Positions 36,901-48,860 of a stretch of DNA of 64,000 nucleotides are shown here, in pieces (the first letter of the stretch is position 1; each line of letters opens with the position of its first letter). The notes below the pieces were generated by a model. That model was not told where the DNA came from. It did not search any database and saw nothing but the letters and a program-made list of their open reading frames with translations. Origin of the DNA: Isurus oxyrinchus (lineage: Eukaryota); assembly GCA_026770705.1 (NCBI GenBank), contig JANJGN010000021.1, forward strand, positions 100,874,001-100,938,000, in the 5' to 3' direction. The position numbers and the translations under genes were made by a program.

Positions 36901-37479
36901 GTGTGGCAACTGAAACTTTGCATAACGGAAATAGAAATATATAGAAAAAATATATAGAAATACAAGATATTTCGCTGCCAGGCCTAACCTGAGTTCAGAG
37001 AATGAATCGATTTGAGCTCATTTTATTTATTCTTTCAGAATACCAACCTTATTAACTTCATGGAGTAGTGTCTGGTTGTATGATCCAGTATGCTAGCCTC
37101 GAGTACCATTCCACCCAACTATTTTCTCTGCATAAATAAATGCTTCCTGGTGTCTGCCTTAAACTTTCCCTTCGCTACACAGAATATCTTGGGCCAATTT
37201 CAATCTAAACTGCCCATTGAGAAACTCACAGCATCTGATGCAGGGCTCGATTTTACTCTTTAAAGTCAAAGGCGGGAATGGAGAGTAATATTGTTGCTTT
37301 CTGCCCAGCCAGTTAGGTTACATTTTCTTAATATATCCACAAATTGGGAACGAGTCTAACCTCGCCCTGTATATTTACTGAGAGCATAAGTGCTGGTTTT
37401 ACCGTGATCTATTTGACATATGTACAAAAAAATTAAAAACATGTTAAATTATTGGCTTAAAACGAATATTAAAGCAAGC

Positions 37480-37860
37480 ACTTTAACGTCACTAGAGTAG
37501 TAACTTAAAGGTACAGACTAATGCTTTGTGGATACGGGTTCGAATCCCTCCATGGCAGGTGATGGAGTTCAAACTCAAGTAACAATTCTAGAATTGAAAG
37601 CTAGTCTCAGTAACCGTGACCATGAAACTAACATGGATGGGCGTAAAAACCAATCTGCTTCAGTAATGCACTTTAGGGAAGGAAATTTGCCATCCTTACC
37701 TTGTCTGATCTACATGTGATTCTAGATCCACAATAATGTGGTTGATTCCTACGGTCCTCTGAAATGGTGTAGCAAGCCACTCAGTTCAAGGGCAGGGATT
37801 GGCAACAAATGCTGGACCTGTCAGCGGCACACACATCCCATCACAGAATAAAAAAAAAAA
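37480..37860 (+). mobile_element. tRNA-derived SINE with CR1 family 2 tail (other copies ~45525-45890, 52110-52475, 59920-60200, all minus)
   Basis: B-box GGTTCGAATCC at 37537-37547; tail matches the LINE 3' end; poly-A. Confidence 0.8.
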
Positions 37861-38227
37861 CCTCCATTTGTTGGAGCAAATGAAATTTGCGAATACCGGG
37901 TTTAATTTAACTATCTTGCAGGTAGAAAATCCATTGTTTTGGCGGGGTTGGGTGGGGGGTGGGGTGGGGGGCGTTGGCTTACACGTCTCCAATATTATTT
38001 TCCAATGAAATCAATGGCTTAAAATGGGGCGAGGTGTAAGACAAGCGCTGCGCCAGGTCATCAGCTTCCAGACAGAAAAGTTAGGTTCAAATTTTCCCCC
38101 GTCCCAGATAATTTTTGTTTTCTATCTAATCCTTGCCGGGTTAAGGTGATATAACCCAATTAGTTATGGTGGGAGAGTGGGAGAGGGGTGAAGTAAAAAA
38201 TAAATGACATTTGTTTTCTTATAACAG

Positions 38228-38365
38228 CGAGGAAGTCGAATCAAACGCAATGGCCAGCTAATTTCATGGATACACAGACAGCCCTGCTTGTGACAGCCGC
38301 GCTGTTTGGACTGGCCTTGTGCTCAGCGACAATCACTGCCATTTTCTACCGAATCAAAATTAAAG
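38228..38365 (+). CDS. ncr3-like: Gene B stalk/TM exon, uncharged TM (ARKSNQTQWPANFMDTQTALLVTAALFGLALCSATITAIFYRIKIK)
   Basis: ttgttttcttataacag acceptor, AAG|gtggat donor, 138 nt, phase 1-1. Confidence 0.87.
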
Positions 38366-38754
38366 GTGGATACTGTTTCAATGTTTAATCTCAATCCTTT
38401 CACAGTGCAAATCACATCAACAGCATTTTTACATGAAATCACTCGAACTATGCATTAACATTATTTTTGGAACGCCCTACTCCTTCGAAGTACAAGTTCA
38501 ACAATCACAAAGTGTGAAATTAAATAAATCGCTTTCCTTGCAGTAGCACGGTTTTTATTTTGAATTGAGGACAAGGATTAATAGTCCTGATTTCCCTATT
38601 TGTTCAGATAAGGAAGTGAAATCAATGAAGATATAAATTATCACTCTTTGCACAAAAAGTGTAATTGCCACAATTCCAAGTTCAACGCCAGTAATTAAAG
38701 AAAACCATGAATTTCGCATTTTCATTATGAGTTTAATGGTTATTTACTGTTGAT

Positions 38755-38975
38755 GAAAATATAAAAGCAAAATACTGCGGATTTTGGAAATCTGAAACAA
38801 AAGCAGAAAATGCTGTAAAAGCTCAGCAAGTGTGACAGCATCTGTGGAGAGAGAAACAGAGTTAACGTTTCAAGTCCGTATGACTCTTCTTCAGATCTAA
38901 AGAGGAGTAAAATTGTGATTTTAAAAATATTGCATCACATTTTTACTTCTCTTTAGCTCTGAAGGAGATTCATAT
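38755..38975 (+). mobile_element. Penelope-like terminal repeat fragment (others ~40180-40360, 54735-54875)
   Basis: aaaagcaaaatactgcggat...ctcagcaag...gttaacgtttcaagtcc, same family as 61507-61754. Confidence 0.65.
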
Positions 38976-39628
38976 GAAAATTAAAAATTGTCTATGTTTG
39001 GAATTTCACTACAGCAGCAGGAAGTGCCGATTATCTTACCTAATAGCAACTACCAAAGTTGCATCTATATCTTTGCCCCATCATTGTAATGAACGGTTAG
39101 TCAATAACAAGTAGATTGCTCAAACGTAGTTGGCTTAGAAAGGATGAATCAAACATAGGATTTTGAAAAAAAAAACCCTGCAATGGCTAAGGAACTGGGT
39201 GATCTAAAAGTGAGGAGTTTCTAAGCCAACATTGAAGGGGTGTTATCACTCCAAGCCTCTAGGTTTAGGTTGGCAATTTTTTTTAATATACAGGTGGGCA
39301 TAGGATTTTATCCATCATACATTAAATTCTTACGTGTGCATTTTTTCTGTTTAAAAACTCTTATGTTCTGTTTCTATGCCTTTGCCAAACTTTGGTTTAA
39401 CTATTTCCAATAATGAACACCATTTTATAATAGAAACTGGCTTTAACTACTTGCCATACATCAGTTACATGTGCTGGCAACTAAGAGGCTAGATGAGCTC
39501 GAATCATGAGGGTGGTGGGTCTGGCGAGCGGGGGTTGGTGGACGGGGGAGGGTTTGGGAGTGCAGAGTGACGATTGCTGGTTATTGAAATTTCTAATATT
39601 CTACCTTTCTTCCCTACGCATCATACAG

Positions 39629-39669
39629 AGAAACGTGATGAAAGACAATCGAGCACAATTGACACTCAG
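39629..39669 (+). CDS. ncr3-like: Gene B cytoplasmic exon 1 (EKRDERQSSTIDTQ)
   Basis: Pyrimidine tract then catacag|, CAG|gtacat donor; 41 nt, phase 1->0, bridges the TM and ITIM exons in frame. Confidence 0.72.
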
Positions 39670-40044
39670 GTACATTGCAACTCAAAATGAGCACTGTGGT
39701 TCGGATTGGTGGTCTGATCCTTTGACATCTTCCTCAAAATCAAGGGGTTATTCAGAAGTCCAATTGAAACTTTCTTAGGTGCATTAAGCACGCAGTAGAT
39801 GCAAAAACACGAAAATATACACTGAAAAACTGACCTTTCGAAACTAATTCTGACAACCACATCTGGTTATGAAAATGCTAGACAGTTCCGACCTCCCGAC
39901 TTCAGGCTGTTCAAATCCTTTCAAATCCCATTGGTCAATACAGATCAACACTTTTGTATAACTCCTTCAAGCTGACCAGCACGATTCTCCCAAAAGTTCA
40001 ACTTTATCGAAGGGTCTCATTGACCTTATTATCAGCTTCGATTA

Positions 40045-42740
40045 ATAAACATTGCAGAACCTACCCAGGAACAGGCTATTTTAGATCTAGTAATGTATAA
40101 TGAGGTGGGGTTAATAAGAGATTTCGTAGTTAAGGGTCCTCTAGGAGCTAGCGATCACAACATGGTAGAATTTCAATATAATATAACGGCAAAATACTGC
40201 GGATGCTGGAGATCTGAAACAAAAACAAAATCTGCTGGAAAAACACAGCAAGTCTGACAGCATCAGTGGAGAGAGAAACAGTTATTGCTTCGAGTCCGTA
40301 TGACTTCTTCAGAGCCCTGAAGAAGAGTCATACAGACTCGAAACGTTATCTCTGCCCTTCTGGAATAAGGGTAGGCAATTATGTAGGGAAATGGTCTTCA
40401 CCAGAGACAGAAACTGAGCACAGTCCTTATTGAGAGTAGGAGGATTTAAGCTAATGCAGAACAGGATTGGAAGGTTTGAGGGAGGGTCAGACCTGTCGTA
40501 GAATTTGAAATTCAGTTTGAGGGCGAGCAACTGGGGCCTCAAACCAGTGTCCTCAACTTATATAAGGGCAATTACAGAGGTATGAAGAAAATGTTGTCTA
40601 AAGTGGGCTGGGAAAATAGACAAAGGAGGAAGTCAGTGGATGAGTAGTGGCAGACATTTAACCATATATTTCATAACAGTGAGCAAAAATGTACCCCGCT
40701 CAAAGAGAAAGATTCGATACGAAGAATGAGCCACCCGTGGTTAACAAAGGTGGTCAAGGAGAGCATCCAATCAAAAACTATGGCATACAAAGCAGCAAAA
40801 GCTATTGGTTGGCGAGAGGATTAGGATTTTTTTTAGGAACCAGCAGCGGATGACTAAAAAGCTAATAAAGTGAGAGACAATTGATTATGAAAGTAAATCT
40901 GCAAGAAATATAAAAACAAACAGAAACAGCTTCTACGGGTAAATAAAAAAAAGAGTGACTAAAGTGAGTGTGGAACCCTTGAAGGATGTGACTGAAGAAT
41001 TGATAATGGGAACAGGGAAATGGCATATAATTTAAGACAACATTTTGCATTGGCCTTCATGGTGGAGGACATGATAAACATTCCAAAGGTATCAGATAAC
41101 GAAGGAGCTGATGCGAGGAAAGATCTTGTAACAGTCAATGTCACGAGGGACAAAGTATTTGACAAACTAATGGGACTAAAGACAGACAAGTAGCCAGGAC
41201 CTGATGGACTGCATCTAAGTGTTTTAAAGGAATTGGAGGCAGATATAATGGAGGCATTGGTCAAAATATTACAGAACTCACTGGATTCCGGGAGGATCCC
41301 AGCAGATTGTAACACTGCTAATGTGATGCCCCTGTTCAAGAAGGGAGGGAGACAAAAAGCAGGAAGCTATAGGCCAGTCAGCCTAACATCCGTTGTTGGG
41401 AAAAAGCTGGAGTCCATTATTAAGGAAGACATAGCAGGACATTTAGAAAAGCTTAACGCAATCAAACAGAGTCAACATGGGTTTATGAAAGGAAAATCAT
41501 GTTTGACAAATTTGCTACAGTTCCTTGAAGATATAACAAGCAGAGTTGATAAAGGGGAACCGGTAGATGTAGTGCATTTGGATTTCCAGAAGGCATTTGA
41601 TAAGGTGCTACATAAAAGGTTATTGCACAATTTAGGATCTCGCGGTATTGCAGGTTATGTATTAGCATGGATTGAGGATTGGTTCATACACAGAAAACAG
41701 AGTCAGGATTAACGTTTTTTTCAGGTTGGCAAGACATAACTAGTGGAGTGCCACAAAGATCAGTCGTGGGGCCTCAATTATTTATTACCTATACTAATGA
41801 CTTGGAGGAGGGGGCAAGGTGTTGCTGACGATACAAAAATATGTGTGAGGACATGTTGTGATGAGGACATGAGGAAGCTGCAAGGGGATATAGATAGGTT
41901 GAGTGAGTGGGAAAAAACTTGGCAGATGGAGTTTAATGTAGGAAATTGTGAGGTAATGCACTTTGGTAGGGAGGATTAAAAGGCAGGCTACTGTTTAAAT
42001 GGGGAGACACTCCAAAAAAGTACAGCACAGAGGGACCTGGGTGTTCTTGTGCATGAAACACAAAAAGTTAGCATGCACGTGCAGCAACTAATCAAGAAGG
42101 GAAACAGAATTTTAGACTGTATTGCTAGGGGGTTGGAATTTAAAAATAGGGACGTCTTGGTAGAACTGTACAGGATGTTGGTGTGGCTGCACCTGGAGTA
42201 CTGTGTACAGTTTTGGTCCCCATATTTTAAAAAAGAATATACTAGCATTGGAGGCAGTTCAAAAGAGATTCACTAGGCTGATTCACTAGTTTGACAGGGT
42301 TGACTTATCAAGAACGGCTAAACAGGTTAGGCCTTTATTCATTAGAGTTTAGAAGAATGAGGAGTGATCTTCTTGAAACGTATAAGATTGTGAGGGGCTT
42401 TGAAACGGTAGACATTAAGATGATGTTTCCACTAGTGGGGGAATCTCGAACTAGGGGGCATAGTTACAGAATAAGGGGACACTTATTTAAAACTGAGATG
42501 TGAAGGAATTTCTTCTCTCAGAGGGTAGTGAATGTCTGGAATTCTCTACCCGACAGGGTTGTGGAGGCTAAATCACTGAAAGTATTTAAAGAGGAAATGG
42601 ATAGATTTTTAAAATATCAGAGAGTTGAGGTCTATGAGGAGCTGGCACGAAAGAGGAATTGAGGGAAGATCAGCCATGATCTTATTGAATAGCGGGGCAG
42701 GCTTGAGGAGCCACATGACCTACTCCTGCTCCTATTTCTT
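40045..42740 (+). mobile_element. CR1 family 1 ORF2 fragment, same subfamily as 34965-36488, with a Penelope-like insert
   Basis: ORFs 41233-41712, 42049-42276 and 42291-42503 closely match those at 34929-36392. Confidence 0.95.
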
Positions 42741-42824
42741 TTGTTGTTACAAACTGATTTCCTTACTAATACGGTATTTTTCCATTGAGGTAACTCCGCT
42801 AGTTAATTATCTGATCAATAATTT

Positions 42825-43690
42825 CATTCTTGTTACAAATAACTGTCATTTCATCAATTAAACTGATTAAACTTTTTAAATTATTATTCTTTGCAAATGA
42901 AGAGCAACTAATTCCTTCATGTCCCAGAAACCCGAATTAAAGATCTAATATTTACTCAGATTTTATTTTCATGATTATCTGCTGTCCTTGCATCCATGTT
43001 ACGAATTCCACCTTTTGAAACTCACGAACAGTGTGCAGCAGCACTCCCCTAATCAAGTGAAGTTGATTACTTTAAAGTAAAATCCGCTATTTCAATTAAA
43101 ACGTTCAATGGTCACCACTTTATCGTTTTAACTTCTCTGCTTAACAGTCCAAGGCTAAAGCCTAATATTGCTTCACTATAAAGTAAATCAATTGCACGAT
43201 TACATTTTTTTATTCATTAATGGGGTGCGAGGGATCGCTGGCGAGGCCAGCGCTCATTGTCAATCCATAATTGCCATCGAGAAGGTGGTGGTGAGCTGCC
43301 TTCTTGAGCCGCTGAAGTCCATGTGTTGTAGGTACACCCACAGTGCTGTTAGAGAGGGAGTTCTAGGATTTTGACCCAGCGATAGTGAAGGAACGGCGAT
43401 ATGTTTCCAAACAGGATGGTGAGTGGTTTGGAGGGGAACCTCCGGTCAGTGGTATTCCCATCTATCTGTTGTCATTTTCCTTCTAGATGGTAGTAGTCGT
43501 GGGTTTAGAAGGAGATTTAGTTAATTCTTGTTACACACAACTATCATTTCAACAAGTGAAAGAATTAATTAATCTGTACATATGAAGAGAAACTAATCCT
43601 CTCATGTTCCATAAAGCAGAATTAAAAATCTAATATTTACTCAGGTTTTCTTTTCCTGATTATCTGCTGTCCTTGCATCCATTTTTCTAA
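42825..43690 (+). repeat. Local direct duplication of ~170 bp (cores 42897-42997 and 43582-43682), separated by a CR1 family 2 3' end (~43205-43510)
   Basis: atgaagag.aactaat...tctaatatttactcag...tgattatctgctgtccttgcatccat in both copies. Confidence 0.85.
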
Positions 43691-44646
43691 ATACAGTTTT
43701 TAGAGCAGATCTAAACCAGCCTGTTTGGACCACTCCTACAGATATCACAAATACCATTTATTTTCAGTTATTTCTTCCCAATTTTAACCATTGCAGCTTA
43801 TTTTGATTATATGAGGTTTCAATCAAAATTCCGAATCATCGAATTTTCCCTTCAGTTCTGATCTTCTGTGGGGCTCTGGATCTCGAATTGTCCGTTCTCC
43901 TGCAACGTTCTCTAGTGTTAAATCAATAGTTCGGAGCCTCCAGAGAAAGCGTCGCGGGGTTTTGATGTAATAAACATGAAGCGAAGCAATTTCTTGTTGC
44001 TTTTCCCAACCACAGCGCTGAAAACTACTGTAGCTTGTTCTCACCACCCAAGCCAATGGGTGCTTAAGTTACCTGTTGCACCAATGCAAAGGTCCCATCA
44101 GAGAGCAGCAAAAATAACAAGCGGAGGGCCCTCTTATTTGCTATCCTTCGCGGCTGCGCCGAGTAATGCTCGCGTAAAAGTTGAAAATATTTTAGACTTA
44201 AAATATTATTAGTAATAACAATAATACTGATAATAATTCAATCCAGGGCTATTTATATGAAATGTGAAGCATATTTTTGTGGTTTTGCATATTTCAATGA
44301 CACTAAGCCTGGCACAAGCCAGTACATTGCCCATGACGGTCCCCTCAGTCAGTTTCTTATATTCAAGATAGAAATCGAGTTCAGTTAATAGCCAAAGCGA
44401 CCATCACGTCGGCCGGCAACTGCTTAACTATGGGATGCTATTTTAATTTTTCAATGCTTAATGTTGCCAGAAAAGCCCCTGTGAGAATTATGGCAAAGGA
44501 AACTGGGCAGGTAATCTTTTAAACGCAATAAGTATCTCGACTGTAAAAATAAATGTTTACATGTTTTTCGATTAAAACAAAACAACTACACTTCTTTTTC
44601 GACTGCTTTATGTATTCATTAAGGTATTTCGTTTCTCTTCAAACAG

Positions 44647-44787
44647 GCAAACGAAGTCGATAATGTGCAGTATTGCACACTGAGCTTCAATGAAGGGAAA
44701 AGAACATTCCGAACTTCCATAGATAAAGACAAGGTTGCGTGTGGTTTGTTAAAAGATGAATTAGTGTGTTATCATCCAACATCATAA
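44647..44787 (+). CDS. ncr3-like: Gene B terminal ITIM exon (ANEVDNVQYCTLSFNEGKRTFRTSIDKDKVACGLLKDELVCYHPTS*)
   Basis: tttctcttcaaacag acceptor, phase 0; VQYCTL fits the ITIM consensus (I/V/L/S)xYxx(L/V). Confidence 0.8.
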   Translation, partial: ANEVDNVQYCTLSFNEGKRTFRTSIDKDKVACGLLKDELVCYHPTS

Positions 44788-45317
44788 CCTGCTGCACATC
44801 ACGGAGGCACCAAACTCAAACTATGCATCATTTTTGTACTGCTATCGCTCCATTTATCCTTCATGATATGATTACGACATCAGCGATCACGTTGTTAATC
44901 CAGAATCATTTATATTAAATGTTGATAAGATTTGCCCATTATATGTTTGGATGAGTCTAAAACATTGAACCCCAGTTATTAAATTACCCATGATGGAGCC
45001 AGCGTTGGTTGATGAATATATTTCTCATTTACAAGATAGGGATCAAATTCACTTAATAACTAGCCAGAATAGGCAACTGCATTGTTAGAGATAACCGGTT
45101 ATTTACCGGGTTTCCATTTTAAAGTTTTAATTCTAAATTCTGACAGGAAAGTTGCAGGAAAATTGTAGCAAAAAGAAGTTACTGCTAAACACCATATCAC
45201 CTTTAATATATAAAAACATGTTAATATGCATCCAGACAAAGACAAAATAACTCAACATTATTTAATTCTAAATAATATGTGCTGCATTGTATTGATATTT
45301 TATTTCTCCTCAAACAG

Positions 45318-45389
45318 ACAAATGAAGTAGACAATGTACAATATTGTACACTGAAAATCAATGAAGAGCAACGAAAACACCTTTTGTAG
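45318..45389 (+). CDS. Duplicate ITIM exon (TNEVDNVQYCTLKINEEQRKHLL*), alternative terminal exon or relic
   Basis: Intact tttctcctcaaacag acceptor; NEVDNVQYCTL identical to 44647 exon; downstream part frameshifted. Confidence 0.6.
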   Translation, partial: TNEVDNVQYCTLKINEEQRKHLL

Positions 45390-46498
45390 AGAAGGACGAG
45401 ATTGTGTGATGTTTCGTGGAATTATGAGGCGATCTTGAAGCCATTTAACCTGCCAGCCTCCGACATTAAACGTCATTGCACATCATGGGAACATGGGACT
45501 CAAATTATCCCATTATATTTTTGTTTATTCTTTGATGGGATGTAGGTCTCTCTGGCAAGGCCAACATTTGTTGCAGGCCTTAATTGCTCTTGAACTGAGA
45601 GGCTTGCCAAACAAGTTCAAAGGTCAATTAAGAGTCAAAAATATTGCCCTGGGCCTATAGTCACATCTAGGTCAGACAGCAGATTTCCCTCCCTAAAGGG
45701 CATCAATGAACCATATGAGGCTTGATGACAATCAAGGATAGTAACTGTGACCATGAAACTGAGACTAGCTTTACATTATTGATTATTAATTAATTAAATG
45801 AAAATCCCAGCAGATGCTGTAGTGAGATTCGAACCCATGCCTCTATAGCATTAATCTCCAGACTACTGGCCCATTACCACCACACCGTAGAGGCGCAGTC
45901 ATTTATTCCTAAAATAACTTTATTTCCATTCGGATGCCACGTTCTCATAGAAATCGAAGGAATTCTTGTCACGTTTTCCGGTGTTTTTGTTATGACGTGA
46001 AAAGGCAATCTTGCGTGTAGACATTTGAAATGATTGTGTGTGAGGACACCATTCGAAGAATCTGAGGAAGAATTCAGTATTTATTTTCCATCAATTTCTA
46101 CAAATTCCATAGCACGTGTAATTTAAGGACATTTTCTCACATGTTTAGGATGTTGCTACACAATGCCCCGAAGGGATATCCAGTCCCAGTGTTATTCTAG
46201 CATTAGCCAAAGTGTTGGATAGCAGCATAAAAAATCAGAACTCTGAATAAGCCAGTTAGACAATAAATAAACTGACAATTAGAAGAATCATGTGAATTAT
46301 TCTCAGCATTGTCAAAAATTAATCCAACATTCAACTGCCTGTTGTAAGATAACCTGCTTATGCAATCGTAGCTCTAAGAATCCTAAAATCAACAGCCATA
46401 GTGATCCACCAGCAGAAGGTTGTGTTATCTTCCTCCACTCTCCCTCCCTACTTCCAGAAAAATGTTTCTTACCAGCCAGGGACAAAGATAAACAGAGA

Positions 46499-47073
46499 TG
46501 ATATCCCAGGAATATAACGAGGTCGCTTTATGCTCCACCCTGTACAACAACCCTGTGTTGATAAGATGCACCCTCCTACCGGTACAAGTGCCTGGTAGGA
46601 GTTTTAAAAAATTACACTCAGCATGATATAAGCTGGAAGGTGATCTCGAGACAGAATGGTGGAAACGGGGAGTGTTTAACCTTGGTTATCTAGCCCTGGG
46701 CGATAAGATGAATGGGATCGAACAAGTGATTGGCACGGGCAAGCCACTTGCCTCGAGAAGAAAGCTATACGAAGAGGTGATCGGAAGAGCAGTGTTCATC
46801 CTTCATCAGGAAGAGGAGAACGAGAGGCCAGCTCCCTAACACTTCAGCTAGAGAGCAGAAGGCTGCTAACACCAGCCACAGGGTGCAACACTCACTTCGC
46901 ATCTGTTCATTATCTGGGGCGGATAGACCATCTCACCTATCATTTGTTGTTGGTTTTTCCTGTCTATTTAGCTTATGCATCACATTTTACTTGCTGGTTC
47001 CTAATAAATTAGTTAATACACTGTTTGAAAATCACTTATGAGCTCGACCCCCGTTTTGGGGCAATCTGTTTCA
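46499..47073 (+). mobile_element. Possible solo LTR
   Basis: TGATA...TTTCA termini, internal ATTGG then TATA-like then AATAAA order; no TSD seen. Confidence 0.3.
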
Positions 47074-47914
47074 CCCGGACCAGAATCATACAGTGGGCCA
47101 AAATCCGGGAATTCCCTCCCTCACAGCACTGCTGATGTACCTACAAGAATACAGCTCACCATCACTTTCTCAAAGGCAATTAAGGATACGCAATAAATTC
47201 TGGCCCAGCCAATGACGCCCACATCCCATGAATGAAAAAGAACAATTACACTAGCACCATTGTAGCAAATAGCTTTTAGTTAACGAACATATTTGGCCAA
47301 CATGTTCAGGCCTAATATATTTATCTTTTACCAAAAGATTAATTATCTCAAAAGTTTAAAATATATTTATGTTTTACCCAAAATTATTCCCAAGATATGC
47401 GTCTAACATTTAATAAGTCATTCCAGTAGCAAAACTAGCTTCAGCAGGCATTGAAAATCCATCCCCCGCCACACACACACCCATCCCATGATAAATAATT
47501 CAGAGGCAAAATACCCTACTGAGTAGGTAAATTGCAGAATTCAATGGGTGCGATGTTGGTGATCAATATCATGCATTAGTAAAATAATCCATCTTGTACG
47601 ATGATTTATTATCACATTTCATTTTACATAATGCGGCATCGTTCAAGTATTAAAGGCTGTCAATGCATCTGGCAAAGTAGCCGTCCGAAGAGGCAGGCTT
47701 ATAAATTAGGTCACAAGTTAGTTACATTTAATGATTAATTTCCCTGCAGTTAACCGTAACAGTATTTTATGTCTTAATAACTCCCAAGAGCAGTATGTTA
47801 ATCTTGGTACCACGGACGTCAGTAAGGAAGCCTTGAGTTATAGAGATGTAGGAGTCCTATGTGTTATTAAACCAAAACTTAACTTGCAGATCCGATTACA
47901 AATATCACATGTCA

Positions 47915-48860
47915 TGTCAAAGGCCGTGATTCCAACAGCACCACTCTATGACTGACGCATGGACAGTCTACCTGCGCCACACAGAGCAACGTGTGGTACT
48001 TCACCTTTTGGTGATTATTATCTATATGCCACATCAAGTGGCGGGGCAAAATCACGAACAACCAAGTTCTTGCAATGTGCCGCATGCCTGGACAGGTGGA
48101 TGAAGGGACTGGTTTTGTGGCATGGTCCCTTTGCCTGCAGGTACCTGTTTCAGTTCTCCTGAAATGTTAAGCAAACTTAATGGCCGAGGTTTCTCTATTT
48201 GGATCTGTCCCAGGATTGATTTCTTTCCTCCTTGCAGTGGGGTCCAACTTGCAATTTCTGAAGTTGGCTTTCAGAGTGTTTTTCTGTTCAAGTTTGACAT
48301 GCGGGAATCCTCCTTCTGAACCATAAATTCGACCCAACAAAGCTGAGCACTGCTGAGCCTGCTCTCATTCCAGGCATGTGAAGAACACATTGCAAGAACT
48401 TGGGTGTTCGTGATTTTGCCCCATCACTTGATGTGGCATATGGATAATGATCACCAAAAGGTGAAGTGCCGCGCATTGCTCTATGTGGCGCAGGTAGGCT
48501 GTCCATGCGTCACAGTCATAGAGTAGTGCTGTTAGAATTACGGCCTTTGACATTGACCTTTGCTTGAAGACAAACCCCTTGCTCGCTCCAAATCCTGTGT
48601 GTAAGCCTGTCGAATGCTCAGCTTGCTTTTGCCATGCGATCCTAATGTGACGTTTTTGGAGAAGATGCTTCCAAGGTAGGAGAACTTCTGAATTCAGTTC
48701 AGGGGTTCATTGCTGATTGTGACTATGGCTTCCTGGAACTTGCTTCCAGGGACAAGTGCCTCTCTTTGCCAAACTTATTGTAAGGCCAAAGCGTTCCGAG
48801 GCTTGTGCAAAGCTGTTAACAAACAGTTAGATGTTCTCCAGGCTGTGTGCTATGACAAAA
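47915..48860 (-). mobile_element. Second RTE-like LINE remnant with an inverted duplicate segment
   Basis: KAVILTALLYDCDAWT RTE-type motif on minus at 48553; inverted copy at 47915-48092. Confidence 0.7.

Noticed and set aside
37480-37560. tRNA gene
   Set aside because: The B-box belongs to a degenerate SINE head; no cloverleaf.
10530-42740. Reverse-transcriptase ORFs as host genes or active elements
   Set aside because: All are truncated with stops and frameshifts.
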